A DNA stretch of 64,000 bases from Alphaproteobacteria bacterium (GTDB lineage: Bacteria > Pseudomonadota > Alphaproteobacteria > UBA8317). The notes below the pieces were generated by a model, which worked only from the letters and a program-made list of their open reading frames with translations, was not told the origin of the DNA and made no database searches. Below, piece after piece: positions 10,904 through 21,161 of this stretch (within the stretch, counting starts at the first letter, position 1; every line of letters begins with the position of its first letter). The stretch is from assembly GCA_038131935.1 (NCBI GenBank), contig JAYPQH010000030.1, positions 44,067 to 108,066 of the forward strand, written 5' to 3'. The position numbers were made by a program, and so were the translations under genes.

Positions 10904-11640
10904 AGATCATCTCCCAAATAGGCTGCTTGAACCGCTTCATGGGCGCGAATGTCTTCTGCCGTACCTGTAACCATGACCTTTCCCTGCACCAAAACTGATA
11001 TTCTATCCGCAAGTTGAAACACCACATCCATATCATGCTCTACCAGCAACATGGTCATGTCTCCACGTAATCCCTCCAGAACAGAGGTGATACGTTGCGA
11101 CTCAGACTTTCCCATCCCGGCCATAGGTTCATCGAGCATGAGCAATCTTGGTTTGCGTGCGAGGATAACGGCCAATTCCAGCTCTCTCCTCAAGCCATGG
11201 GCAAGGTCCCCAGCGGGTTTATGCGCCTGCTCTTCAAGCCCAAGCTGTTGCAACATTTTCATGGCTTCATCTTGATGGGAGGAAAATGCTGAGGAAAAGA
11301 AACGAAAGGAATGGCCTTGTTGAATTTGTAGGCTTACCTGCACGTTTTGAAGGCATGTCATTTGAGGAAACAATCGAGAGATCTGGTAAGAGCGTGCGAG
11401 TCCCAAATGAATGCGCTTAAAGGCGGGCATATGGGTGATGTCCTGTTGCTGCAAGCTTACCGAACCCCTGTCAGGGGTGATCTCTCCAGATAAAAGCGAC
11501 AACAATGTTGTTTTCCCGGCCCCATTTGGTCCAATCAAACCATGTATCTCGCCAGGATGAACGTCAAAACATACATCATCATTTGCTTGCACACCCTGGA
11601 AGCTTTTGCTGAGGTTGTTAACCTTGAGAAGTGGTTCCAT
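10900..11640 (-). CDS. livG: branched-chain amino acid ABC transporter ATP-binding protein LivG
   Basis: Start at MEPLLKVNNLSKSF; Walker A GPNGAGKTT; ATGA overlap with livF. Confidence 0.85.
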   Translation of the reverse strand: MEPLLKVNNLSKSFQGVQANDDVCFDVHPGEIHGLIGPNGAGKTTLLSLLSGEITPDRGSVSLQQQDITHMPAFKRIHLGLARSYQISRLFPQMTCLQNVQVSLQIQQGHSFRFFSSAFSSHQDEAMKMLQQLGLEEQAHKPAGDLAHGLRRELELAVILARKPRLLMLDEPMAGMGKSESQRITSVLEGLRGDMTMLLVEHDMDVVFQLADRISVLVQGKVMVTGTAEDIRAHEAVQAAYLGDDL

Positions 11641-11644
11641 GCGC

Positions 11645-12625
11645 TTAATCTTTCGAAGCCAGAAAACGTTGCAAAGCGCCCATGAGACCACCACGTGCAA
11701 ACAGCACAACCAGAATGAGAATAGGGCCAAGGATAAGGGACCAATGTTCAGTTTTTTCTGACAATACCTCTTCTAAGCCGATGAACATAATGGCGCCCGC
11801 AAGGCCTCCATAGATACTGCCCAAACCACCTAAGATAATCATCACCAACATTTCACCAGAGCGGCTCCAATGCATCAATCCTGGTCCTATAAATTCAAAA
11901 AGGTTTGCGGCCAACGCACCAGATAATCCAGCCCATGCGCCTGCAAGCGCGAAGGCAAAAAGGCGATAGCGAAACACAGGGACGCCCAAGGTAACCAAAC
12001 GCTGCTCATCTTGTGCCGCAGCACGAATGATCACGCCAAAAGGTGAAGCCAAAAGTTTTTTCAAAAAAATGATTTCAACAATGAGAAGGGCCAAACAAAG
12101 ATAGAAAAAATGTTGATCATCATAAAGATCAATGAAGGGAAGGGTACTTCTTTGCCAAACACTCAACCCATCCTCCCCGCCATAGGTGGGAAGAGAAATC
12201 ATGAAATGATACAGCATTTGGGCGAAAGCCAGGGTGATCATGATAAAAAATACACCCCTTGTGCGAAGGCTAAGAAGGCCCACCAAGGCGGCAAAAAGCC
12301 CTGAAACGATCATCGCCAAGGGGAATTGGATCAATCCCTCAATGCTGCCCTGCCAAGAAAAAGGTAAAAAAGCGACATCAGTCATCTCATTATGATGCTT
12401 GGCAAGAATACCCACAGTGTAACCACCTAAACCGAAAAAGGCAGCGTGACCAAAACTTACCAAACCCGAAAATCCCACCAAAAGTCCAAGAGATATGACA
12501 GCCATTGCCATGATGATCATGCGGGTCGCCATGGTGACAAAAAAGGGGTCATCGATGACATGGGCCCAAACTGGCACCAGCATGGCTAACAACAGGGCAG
12601 CAAGACTTGTCAAAGCGATCTTCAT
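11645..12625 (-). CDS. livM: branched-chain amino acid ABC transporter permease LivM
   Basis: Polytopic membrane ORF with HAAT permease pattern (FGHAAFFGLGGY). Confidence 0.85.
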   Translation of the reverse strand: MKIALTSLAALLLAMLVPVWAHVIDDPFFVTMATRMIIMAMAVISLGLLVGFSGLVSFGHAAFFGLGGYTVGILAKHHNEMTDVAFLPFSWQGSIEGLIQFPLAMIVSGLFAALVGLLSLRTRGVFFIMITLAFAQMLYHFMISLPTYGGEDGLSVWQRSTLPFIDLYDDQHFFYLCLALLIVEIIFLKKLLASPFGVIIRAAAQDEQRLVTLGVPVFRYRLFAFALAGAWAGLSGALAANLFEFIGPGLMHWSRSGEMLVMIILGGLGSIYGGLAGAIMFIGLEEVLSEKTEHWSLILGPILILVVLFARGGLMGALQRFLASKD

Positions 12626-13548
12626 CTTTTGCCCTTTACCATAAACAGTCCCTCAGGGCGTATCATCAACACCACCGCCATCAGTAAGTAAATGGCGATA
12701 TCGGACAAAGATCCTCCGATGCCAGCCGCGGTAGCTGGGGGCAATATCGTCATCAGGAGGCTTGGCAGGATTGCGCGGCCAAAAGTATCCACCAAACCCA
12801 CCAACAAAGCGCCTGCAAACGCACCACGAACTGAACCTAACCCTCCAATGATGATCACCACAAAGGTTAAGATAAGGATATTTTCACCCATACCAACTTG
12901 AACGGCCAGAAGGGGGGCGGCCATCGCACCTGCCAGTCCTGCCAGCATGGCTCCAAGTCCAAATACGAGCGTAAAGACACGCGCGATATCAACACCCATA
13001 GCGGCCACCATCTCACGATGGGTCGCACCCGCCCTTATCAACATTCCCAGCTTTGTATGCAAAATAAGGTGGCGTAGAAACAGTACAACCAACAAGCCCA
13101 CCAAAATGATACTGATCCGGTAAAGTGGGTAGGTCATGTCAGGGCCAATGGGGACGGCGTGGTTTAAATAATCAGGTGGTGCCATGAATAAGGCTTGTGG
13201 CCCAAAGATGATTTTTGTGCCTTCGTTGGCTATAAGAATAATTCCAAAGGTTGCAAGCACTTGGTCGAGATGATCGCGGTCGTACAACCGCCTGAGAATC
13301 CCAAATTCAAGAATAAGTCCCATGATACCAGCGGCGAGCATACCCGCGCCAACAGATACCAAAAAAAGCTCCGTGCTTGCCATGACCGTGGCGGCTACAT
13401 AAGCCCCTATCATATAGGTCGCACCATGGGCCAAATTGATAATGCCCATGATCCCAAACGTCAGGGTTAGGCCTGATGCCAACAAAAAGAGCATCATTCC
13501 TTGCTGTAGTCCATTTAATGCTTGTTCAAAGAGTAATGCGATGCTCAT
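12622..13548 (-). CDS. livH: branched-chain amino acid ABC transporter permease LivH
   Basis: Membrane ORF, N-terminus LNGLQQGMMLFLLASGLTL.. typical of LivH; overlaps livM by 4 nt. Confidence 0.85.
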   Translation of the reverse strand: MSIALLFEQALNGLQQGMMLFLLASGLTLTFGIMGIINLAHGATYMIGAYVAATVMASTELFLVSVGAGMLAAGIMGLILEFGILRRLYDRDHLDQVLATFGIILIANEGTKIIFGPQALFMAPPDYLNHAVPIGPDMTYPLYRISIILVGLLVVLFLRHLILHTKLGMLIRAGATHREMVAAMGVDIARVFTLVFGLGAMLAGLAGAMAAPLLAVQVGMGENILILTFVVIIIGGLGSVRGAFAGALLVGLVDTFGRAILPSLLMTILPPATAAGIGGSLSDIAIYLLMAVVLMIRPEGLFMVKGKR

Positions 13549-13598
13549 TATGAATTACCCGGCGGGATCCCGCCGGGTCTTTTATGAAAAGTGGAACA

Positions 13599-14762
13599 TT
13601 ATTGGCCAAGTTTACAATCAGCCACGAAGGCATTGGCGTGATCTGTGAAAACCTTTGCAATGGTTTTGTTGGTCACCCCTTCACCATCTTCAACGACTTG
13701 CCGGACATAAATATCCTGAATAGGAAATTGGTTGGACGCGAAGGCAAACTTACCACGTACGGAGTCAAATTTTGCATTCTTCAACGCAGCGCGAAAGGCA
13801 TCCTTATCCGAAATATCACCACCTACAGCTTTGAGCGCTGCATCAATGACCAAAGCAGCTTCATAACCCTGGCTTACATATAAAGATGGGCGTTTGCCAA
13901 ACGCATCCATGTAAGAAGCAACAAAGGCCCGGTTCGCATCGTTATCCAAATCATGGGTGTATTGTGATGTGTTGTAAACGCCCAAAGCCGCTTTGCCGAC
14001 AGCTTTGAGGATACCCTCGTCGAAGCTAAAAGCTGGCCCATAAAGATCTATATCCTTCTTCAGACCTGCTTGATCATATTGTTTCACAAAATTGATGCCC
14101 ATTCCTCCTGGTAAGAAAAAATAGACAGCGTCAGGGTTGGCGGCACGAAGGTTGGCCAATTCGGCGGCATAATCCGTTTGACCAAGTTTTGTGTAGATTT
14201 CACCGACGATTTCGCCTTTGTAAAAGCGCTTAAATCCTGCCAAGGCATCTTTACCGCCTGGATAATTAGGCGCCAAAATATAGGCCCTTTTGACATTCTG
14301 GGATGTTAAATATTGTCCGCCTGCCTCATGCAGGTTGTCATTTTGCCAGGCCACATTGAAAAAGTTTTTATCGCAGCGGGCACCTGCAAAAGCTGAAGGG
14401 CCAGAATTGGGGCTGATATAGATCACATCTTCTCGTGTAACCCCTGGTACGACCGCCATGGTGATATTGGACCAAATAATACCTGTGAGAATGTCAACGT
14501 TGTCTTTTTTGATCATGCGCGTTGCAGCTTGTTTGGCATTCTCCACTTTGCGTGCGTCATCAACCACGCTCAATGAAATAGGTACCCCACCAAGTTTTCC
14601 ACCACGTTCCTTTATGGCCAATTCAAAGCCATCGCGTATATCTACACCAAGGCTTGCGCCGCCACCTGATAAAGTGGTGATCATGCCGATTTTGATGTCG
14701 GCCTGGGCAGCACCAGCAGCCAACATCGCTGCACAGGTTGCAGCCATCATGAACTGTTTCAT
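13599..14762 (-). CDS. livK: branched-chain amino acid ABC transporter substrate-binding protein (LivK/LivJ-like)
   Basis: Signal peptide MKQFMMAATCAAMLAAGAAQA, type-I periplasmic binding fold; head of the operon. Confidence 0.8.
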   Translation of the reverse strand: MKQFMMAATCAAMLAAGAAQADIKIGMITTLSGGGASLGVDIRDGFELAIKERGGKLGGVPISLSVVDDARKVENAKQAATRMIKKDNVDILTGIIWSNITMAVVPGVTREDVIYISPNSGPSAFAGARCDKNFFNVAWQNDNLHEAGGQYLTSQNVKRAYILAPNYPGGKDALAGFKRFYKGEIVGEIYTKLGQTDYAAELANLRAANPDAVYFFLPGGMGINFVKQYDQAGLKKDIDLYGPAFSFDEGILKAVGKAALGVYNTSQYTHDLDNDANRAFVASYMDAFGKRPSLYVSQGYEAALVIDAALKAVGGDISDKDAFRAALKNAKFDSVRGKFAFASNQFPIQDIYVRQVVEDGEGVTNKTIAKVFTDHANAFVADCKLGQ

Positions 14763-14880
14763 TTTGTCTCTCTCCTGCCGGATTTCTACCCGACCTCCCA
14801 AATTTGTTGTAATAGAGGATTTCTAGACCCCCCTATTGTTTGTAAGACAGAATGTTGGTTCATGCAAAGGAACAAGCAAG

Positions 14881-15606
14881 ATGCGTTGGCTCATAATATA
14901 TTTTTCGTTTTTGATATCTTCCGCACATGCTGATGATGCGATGCAACCTATTAAAGGCTTCGCCATAGACGTAAAAGAGGTCAGTATTGGATCATTTGCT
15001 GAATTTGTGGCGCAAACAGGTTACAAAACCGCAGCAGAGAGGAGCGGAGGAGGTATGGTTTATGCCTCGGGATGGGAGTTTATGCCGGGATGGACATGGA
15101 AAACGCCGTTTGGGGTCCCTGCTGATCCCAATGAGCCAGCTGTGCACGTCAATTTTGAAGATGCAACAGCTTATTGCCAATGGGCAGGCAAGCGCCTTCC
15201 TACCGAGCAGGAGTGGCGTTTGGCTGCCTACACTGAGACCCGCGAAGAACCAGATAATGGTTTTGTCAAAGGTCGAACATATCCCTACCCCACAGGGGAT
15301 TCGCCAAAAGGCGCCAACTGCTTAGGGGATTGTGGTCCAACACCAGCTATTGACCATAGCGACAAACTTGAACGTGGAATCGGACATGCCCCTGTGGGGC
15401 AAACTGTTTCTGGTGTGAATGGCCTCTATGATATGGGGGCAAATGTTTGGGAATGGGCTGAGGACTCCTCGCGATCATCTTCAAAAGCAACAATGGGAGG
15501 ATCATGGTGGTATGGCGCTTATCGTATGCATCGTGATGATGGTGCGCGTAAGCCATTGGGAACCGCGGTGGTTTATATAGGATTTCGTTGCGCCAAAACA
15601 TTGTGA
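14881..15606 (+). CDS. secreted formylglycine-generating-enzyme (FGE/SUMF1) domain protein
   Basis: Signal peptide MRWLIIYFSFLISSAHA; FGE-sulfatase domain blocks VHVNFEDATAYCQWAGKRLPTEQEWRLAA, ANVWEWAED, GGSWWY, GFRC. Confidence 0.7.
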   Translation: MRWLIIYFSFLISSAHADDAMQPIKGFAIDVKEVSIGSFAEFVAQTGYKTAAERSGGGMVYASGWEFMPGWTWKTPFGVPADPNEPAVHVNFEDATAYCQWAGKRLPTEQEWRLAAYTETREEPDNGFVKGRTYPYPTGDSPKGANCLGDCGPTPAIDHSDKLERGIGHAPVGQTVSGVNGLYDMGANVWEWAEDSSRSSSKATMGGSWWYGAYRMHRDDGARKPLGTAVVYIGFRCAKTL

Positions 15607-15766
15607 TTGCTTCATTGACTAGCGATGGCCAATTTTGAGGCAGCCTTCTTTGCCCAAAACATGTTCATCATCTTAAGTGACAACCATCTTGAGGGGCTTG
15701 TGCCAAGCATATTTGTCTGTTCAGGTTGTGTTGAATGTTTAATGAAGTCGATAGGGGACCTAATCC

Positions 15767-16561
15767 ATGACAGAAATTGTGCAAACCCGTATCCATGATC
15801 AAGTTTGCGTCATCACCTTAAATCAAGCTGAAACACGTAATGCGTTAAATATGGCCATGGCAGAAGGGTTGCTGCAGGCGTTGCAGGATGTTCGTTATGC
15901 ACAGGATGTACGTGCGGTGGTGATCACGGGTGGCCCGCAATTCATGGCAGGGGGCGATATCCGCTATTTTGCAGATAACATCAACAGTCCAGCTTCAAAA
16001 TGGCGTGGTAAACTTAATGAGTTGATTGATCTCGCACATGGTTGTGTGATGGCCATACGGACCATGGATAAGCCCGTGGTCGCCAGTGTTGATGGTGCCG
16101 CTGCCGGGTTTGGCTTGAGCTTGATGATGGCATGTGATTTTGCAGTGGTTACGCAGAGGGCCCTGTTTACACTCGCTTATATTCATATTGGTACGAGCCC
16201 AGATGGTGGTTCTACCTTTTCCCTGCCAAGGCATGTAGGCGCTAAGCGTGCTGCAGAAATCGCCATGTTAGGCGATCGTTTTGGAGCAGAAGAGGCATTA
16301 ACTTGGGGGCTGGTAAATAAAGTTGTTCCTGTGGATCAATTGGAGGAGGCCAGTTGGTCCTTAGCATCTCGTCTGGCGAATATGCCCACCAAGGCCTTAG
16401 GTCGGACGAAGGCTTTGCTTCGCCAATCTTTGTATTCTTCACTAGAGGAACAATTGCATGCGGAGGCGGAGCAATTTGGTTGTTCCGCTGTAGAAAATGA
16501 TTTTAGAGAGGGCATTAGCGCTTTTCTAGAAAAACGAAAGCCACAATTTACCGGTCAATGA
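15767..16561 (+). CDS. enoyl-CoA hydratase/isomerase (crotonase) family protein
   Basis: Crotonase-fold motifs (AETRNALN, FMAGGDI, DGAAAGFGLSLMMACD). Confidence 0.8.
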   Translation: MTEIVQTRIHDQVCVITLNQAETRNALNMAMAEGLLQALQDVRYAQDVRAVVITGGPQFMAGGDIRYFADNINSPASKWRGKLNELIDLAHGCVMAIRTMDKPVVASVDGAAAGFGLSLMMACDFAVVTQRALFTLAYIHIGTSPDGGSTFSLPRHVGAKRAAEIAMLGDRFGAEEALTWGLVNKVVPVDQLEEASWSLASRLANMPTKALGRTKALLRQSLYSSLEEQLHAEAEQFGCSAVENDFREGISAFLEKRKPQFTGQ

Positions 16562-16592
16562 GGATAAAAGCATAGACTTTGTGAATAGAAAA

Positions 16593-16620
16593 ACAGGCCC
16601 TGACTAGGGCCTGTCTTTCA
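16593..16620. terminator. bidirectional rho-independent terminator between crotonase (+) and fccB (-)
   Basis: Perfect 8-bp GC stem ACAGGCCC/GGGCCTGT flanked by an A-run (T-run on the minus strand). Confidence 0.6.
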
Positions 16621-16640
16621 TCGATACGTTCATTTTAAGT

Positions 16641-17943
16641 TCAAGAGAACATATCGCTGGTAATGCCAGCATACCAGCCTTCTGCTTCCATAAAGGTCTG
16701 TTCCCGGATCAAATCTTCCTCTCCAGTTGAGGAAATGAACCCAGTAACCTTGACCACTTTTTCACCTTCAGCTTTGTAGTTCGCACCAACTTTCACAGAA
16801 TCATTGTCTGCAACCAGTGACCAACAGGTGTTCCGGAAGCGCGGATCAAATGTACGTGATCCTGTTAACTCAGCGCGGATAGCCAAAGCCACAACCTTTG
16901 CTTGGCTGTTTGCTGAGAAGCCAGATTTTGGCATGGCGCCATTGATACAAGCGTCGCCAAGAACATGAATGCCAGGAACCAATGCGGATTCAAAAGTGCT
17001 TGCACTCTTGATTGGGCACCATCCAGATGCATCTGCAATACCAGCGGCATGTGCAATCTTTCCTGCCTTTTGTGCTGGAATTGGATTCAAAACAGAACCC
17101 TTGAAGCTGCCTTTGTCGGTGATGATCTCACCTGCGCGTACCGCTTGCATGGACCCCACTTCTGAACCAGGCATCCATTCTACCATCCCGTCATAATGCT
17201 TTGCCCATGCTTCACGGAACAATGCCATCTTAGAATGTTTCTCTTTTGGGTCTAAAATCACCACTTTTGATTTTGGTTTGTTGTTTTTAAGGTAATTTGC
17301 GACCATTGATGCGCTCGTAAGGTCCAGGAGGGCAACGATATGGGTTGGGCGGCGCCATCATGAGGAACACGCCGCCATCATCCATGGCTTCGAGCTGTTT
17401 TTTGAGCATTACCGTTTGGGCTCCAGCCTTGTAAGCATGTGGGATGGAGTTGTCAGCAACAGCTGCATCATACCCGTCATAAAGATCATACCGGAAATCT
17501 ATACCTGGGGCGATCACGAGGCGGTCGTAACTGATCTTTGTTCCATCCGCGAGAATGACCTCTTTTCCATCGGCATTGACACCAGTTGCCATGGCATTAA
17601 CCACTTTCACACCATGATTGTTGGCAAGCCCGTCATATGAATGCGTGATATCGTTCATGTTACGGTAGCCACCAAGGTACCAATTTGAAAAGAAACAAGT
17701 GGTGTATGTTTTGTTGGCCTCAATAAGAACAACTTCCACAGCCCCCTTGCTATCTTTGGCAACATAGCGTGCCACTGTGGCACCAGCAGCGCCACCACCA
17801 ATAACAACAAGCCTTTTGGCTGATGCTTTGGCGATTTTGGGTGCTGACAGAATCGCTGCCGTAGCTACCCCAGCTCCCAAAACAGAGCGTCTTGTAATTG
17901 ACATAAAGCCTTCCTCCTCTTGATCATGCTTTTTTGTATTCAT
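16641..17943 (-). CDS. fccB: flavocytochrome c sulfide dehydrogenase flavoprotein subunit (FccB), frameshifted near 17290-17306
   Basis: Tat signal ITRRSVLGAGVATAA; FAD fold VVIGGGAAGATVARY; sulfide-dehydrogenase-like C-terminal part in a second frame. Confidence 0.75.
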
Positions 17944-17954
17944 GTGGTGGTAAT

Positions 17955-18266
17955 TTATTTTTGTTCTTGTGAAGCAAAATAAGCTGCAAGTGCTTCTACA
18001 TCTTCCTCACTCAACGACGTAGCCACCAAATTCATGGTTTGGTTTTCTCGGAAGCCGTCGCGATAATCATTCATCGCTTCAACGAAATACTCTGCATCTA
18101 GGCCATGGATAATGGGCACATTGCCAACAATTTCGTGAGATTGATGGCATCCCATACATTCTTGGGCCAGATATTCACCCAATTCTATATCACCAGACAA
18201 AGCCGTTGTTTGCATCATCAAAAATCCCATGATGAAACCGCTCAGCTTCCAAAAGAAAACATTCAT
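17955..18266 (-). CDS. fccA: monohaem cytochrome c subunit (FccA-like)
   Basis: Internal start MNVFFWKLSGFIMGFLMMQTTALSG (signal peptide), haem motif CMGCH; sits directly upstream of fccB. Confidence 0.6.
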   Translation of the reverse strand: MNVFFWKLSGFIMGFLMMQTTALSGDIELGEYLAQECMGCHQSHEIVGNVPIIHGLDAEYFVEAMNDYRDGFRENQTMNLVATSLSEEDVEALAAYFASQEQK

Positions 18267-18576
18267 GAACACACCCCCGTAATGTTTTGGCATTTTTTTT
18301 ATTTTTACCAAAACATTATGTAGAATATAGAAAACATGAAATGAGGCAAGAACGAAAACGTCACACAGGGTGCAAAAAAGACAAATTTCGCGCGAAATGA
18401 GCGCTTTTGAGTATTTTTGTTTCACGTAGAATAAGTTTTTCGATAAAAAAAATGCGCGACGGGTTGTCACATCTATTTGTTGGATTATCTCCCCCATTGA
18501 GTCCAGTTATCTGGCTCACACCTCTTGTGTTCATGTTCACAAGGTTCTCTTGCGAACATGTCCATGCTCTAACTTT

Positions 18577-18613
18577 CCTTCCGGTCCATTATGGGTCCCG
18601 GAAGGTTTTTTTT
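18577..18613 (+). terminator. intrinsic-terminator-like hairpin plus T8 on the plus strand, with no annotated upstream plus-strand gene
   Basis: CCTTCCGG-(13 nt)-CCGGAAGG followed by TTTTTTTT; an imperfect hairpin CATGTTCACAA..TTGCGAACATG lies just upstream. Confidence 0.5.
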
Positions 18614-18727
18614 CCCTTCCTTATCTGCACTTTTGTCATCTTTTTGTTCTTTACTGATTGCAAGCATGAAAAAGCATGTTTAGAGGTGGCGCTGTTGGGG
18701 TTGAAAAAGGGGTAAAGGACAATCGAT

Positions 18728-20251
18728 ATGGTGGAAAAAAGATCAACGATATTGTGCATCTTAGATGGGTGGGGATTGCGTGATGATGTGCGCGACAATG
18801 CCATTCACCAAGCCAACACCCCCCATTATGATGACTTGTTGAACCATGCTCATGTTTCCCAGCTTGCAACCTATGGAATAGAAGTGGGATTACCAGAAGG
18901 GCAGATGGGCAACTCAGAAGTTGGACATATGAACATCGGTGCAGGTCGTATCGTTTGGCAAGATTATCCCAGGATTAACAATGCAATCGAGACAGGAGAA
19001 TTTGCCAAAAACCCACAATTGGTACATTTTGCGGAAAGTTTGAAAACCACCGGTGGGCGCGCCCATTTGCTAAGCCTTTGTTCTGATGGTGGTGTCCATG
19101 CACATACCCATCATGTGGTTACAGCGGCGAATCTGTTGGCAGAACAAGGCCTTGAGGTCGTGCTGCATGTCATTACTGATGGCCGCGATACCCCCCCACA
19201 ATCTGCACTTCAGAGCCTGCAGAACTTGGCTCAACATTTAGATTCTAGCGTGTGTATGGGCTCTTTGAGTGGTCGTTATTTTGCAATGGATCGCGACCAG
19301 CGTTGGGATCGGGTAGAGCAGGCCTACCGAGTAATTTCAGGGCAATCATCCATCACCAGCCTCACGCCAGAGCAAGTCATTCAAGAGGCTTATGCACAAA
19401 ATCTGAGTGATGAGTTTATTCAACCTGTACAATTTGAACATCATAGCATGTCAAAAGGTGATGGTTTGTTCATGCTCAATTTTCGTGCGGATCGCGCACG
19501 TGAGCTGCTTGAAGCGTTTGTGGATCCTGAATTCACAGGGTTCACCAGACCCCAGCAGATAGAATTTTCAGGATGTCTTGGTATGGTGTCTTATTCCGAG
19601 CATCTCAATAAGTTCATGTCTTGTATGTTTGCACCTGTTGGTTTGCCTTACACCTTAGGTGAAGTGATTTCAAATGCGGGGGGAAGCCAGCTCCGTCTTG
19701 CAGAAACTGAAAAATATGCGCATGTCACCTTCTTTTTTAATGGAGGGCGGGAAGCAACATTTCCTGGGGAAGAAAGGATTTTGATCCCATCACCGAAAGT
19801 GGCTACTTATGATCTTAAGCCAGAAATGTCAGCGCCAGAGGTAACAGCGGCATTAACAGATGCGATCCGCGCGAAAACTTTCGACCTTATCGTCGTCAAT
19901 TATGCAAACCCTGATATGGTCGGACATACAGGGATCATGAGCGCAGCTTTGCAAGCTGTTGAACATATTGATAGCTGCTTGGGTGCTGTACGAGCTGCAG
20001 TTGACGAAACCCATGCTACATTATTGGTAACAGCTGATCACGGAAATATTGAGATGATGAAAGACCCTGAAACAGGGGCCCCTTCAACATCTCACACGGT
20101 AGGTGAGGTTCCCTTTATTCTTTACCCCAGAACTGCAGCCTCACATCTTCGTGAAGGTCGGTTATGTGACATTGCACCGACGATCCTTGATCTCATGGAT
20201 TTGGAGCAGCCACAGGATATGACAGGAACGTCTCTGGTGCGTGCCGTTTAA
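18728..20251 (+). CDS. gpmI: 2,3-bisphosphoglycerate-independent phosphoglycerate mutase
   Basis: 507 aa; iPGM motifs (LCILDGWG, SEVGHMNIGAGR, TADHGN). Confidence 0.9.
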   Translation: MVEKRSTILCILDGWGLRDDVRDNAIHQANTPHYDDLLNHAHVSQLATYGIEVGLPEGQMGNSEVGHMNIGAGRIVWQDYPRINNAIETGEFAKNPQLVHFAESLKTTGGRAHLLSLCSDGGVHAHTHHVVTAANLLAEQGLEVVLHVITDGRDTPPQSALQSLQNLAQHLDSSVCMGSLSGRYFAMDRDQRWDRVEQAYRVISGQSSITSLTPEQVIQEAYAQNLSDEFIQPVQFEHHSMSKGDGLFMLNFRADRARELLEAFVDPEFTGFTRPQQIEFSGCLGMVSYSEHLNKFMSCMFAPVGLPYTLGEVISNAGGSQLRLAETEKYAHVTFFFNGGREATFPGEERILIPSPKVATYDLKPEMSAPEVTAALTDAIRAKTFDLIVVNYANPDMVGHTGIMSAALQAVEHIDSCLGAVRAAVDETHATLLVTADHGNIEMMKDPETGAPSTSHTVGEVPFILYPRTAASHLREGRLCDIAPTILDLMDLEQPQDMTGTSLVRAV

Positions 20252-21051
20252 CCAACAAACGCGCGTTCAACGACAAACTGACCTGGCATGCTGTTGGATC
20301 CCTCTGTTAATCCTGCAGCTTCAACACAGGCTTTGGTGTCTTTGATCATCGGCATGGAACCACACATCATCACACGATCTGTCTGAGCATCAAGGGGGGG
20401 CAGGTTCAACAGTTCAAAAAGCTTTTGGGAGGTAATGAGATCTGTAATGCGTCCCATGACGGGTGATGGTTCGCGCGTGCTCGTGGCTAGATGTCGAAGC
20501 TTGCCGGCTGTCATCTCTCCCAAAAATTCATGCTGGGTGATTTGTTGTATCAAATCATATCCATAACGCAGCTCGGCCACTTCACGACATGTATGGGTTA
20601 CAATGACCTCATCAAATTTTTCATAAGTCTCTGGATCACGCATAACGGAGGCAAATGGAGCCAGGCCGGTTCCTGTTGAGAACATATATAGGCGTTTACC
20701 AGGCAGCAGCGCATCATGAACAAGTGTCCCGGTCGGTTTTTTCTTCATAAAAACACAGTCACCTTTTTTGACATGCTGTAAATGTGAGGTGAGTGGCCCG
20801 TCTGGAACCTTGATAGAATAAAATTCAAGCTCCTCATCCCAAGATGGTGAGGCGACAGAATAAGCACGCCATATGCGCTCTACCTGTGGTAAACCAATCA
20901 TGACAAATTCACCCGAACGAAAACGAAATTCTCGTGGGCGATGGGTGCGAAAGCGAAACAATTTTTCCGTATAATGCTCGGTCTCTAAAACCTCTAGTTG
21001 ATAGCTGCCTGCAGGGATATCTGTGGTACTCATTGTTTTGTTCCAAGCCAT
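20248..21051 (-). CDS. fpr: ferredoxin/flavodoxin-NADP(+) reductase (Fpr type)
   Basis: FAD/NAD-binding blocks RAYSVASP, MFSTGTGLAPF; convergent 4-nt overlap with gpmI. Confidence 0.8.
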   Translation of the reverse strand: MAWNKTMSTTDIPAGSYQLEVLETEHYTEKLFRFRTHRPREFRFRSGEFVMIGLPQVERIWRAYSVASPSWDEELEFYSIKVPDGPLTSHLQHVKKGDCVFMKKKPTGTLVHDALLPGKRLYMFSTGTGLAPFASVMRDPETYEKFDEVIVTHTCREVAELRYGYDLIQQITQHEFLGEMTAGKLRHLATSTREPSPVMGRITDLITSQKLFELLNLPPLDAQTDRVMMCGSMPMIKDTKACVEAAGLTEGSNSMPGQFVVERAFVG

Positions 21052-21161
21052 TGATAATGTTTTGCATACAAGGGTTACGCGTAGCGCATGGAAGGCTGTC
21101 TTGGCAATTTCGTCGATGTTGGCCTATGGCTAAAGTTGCAAATTGTTGAAGGATTGTCGAG

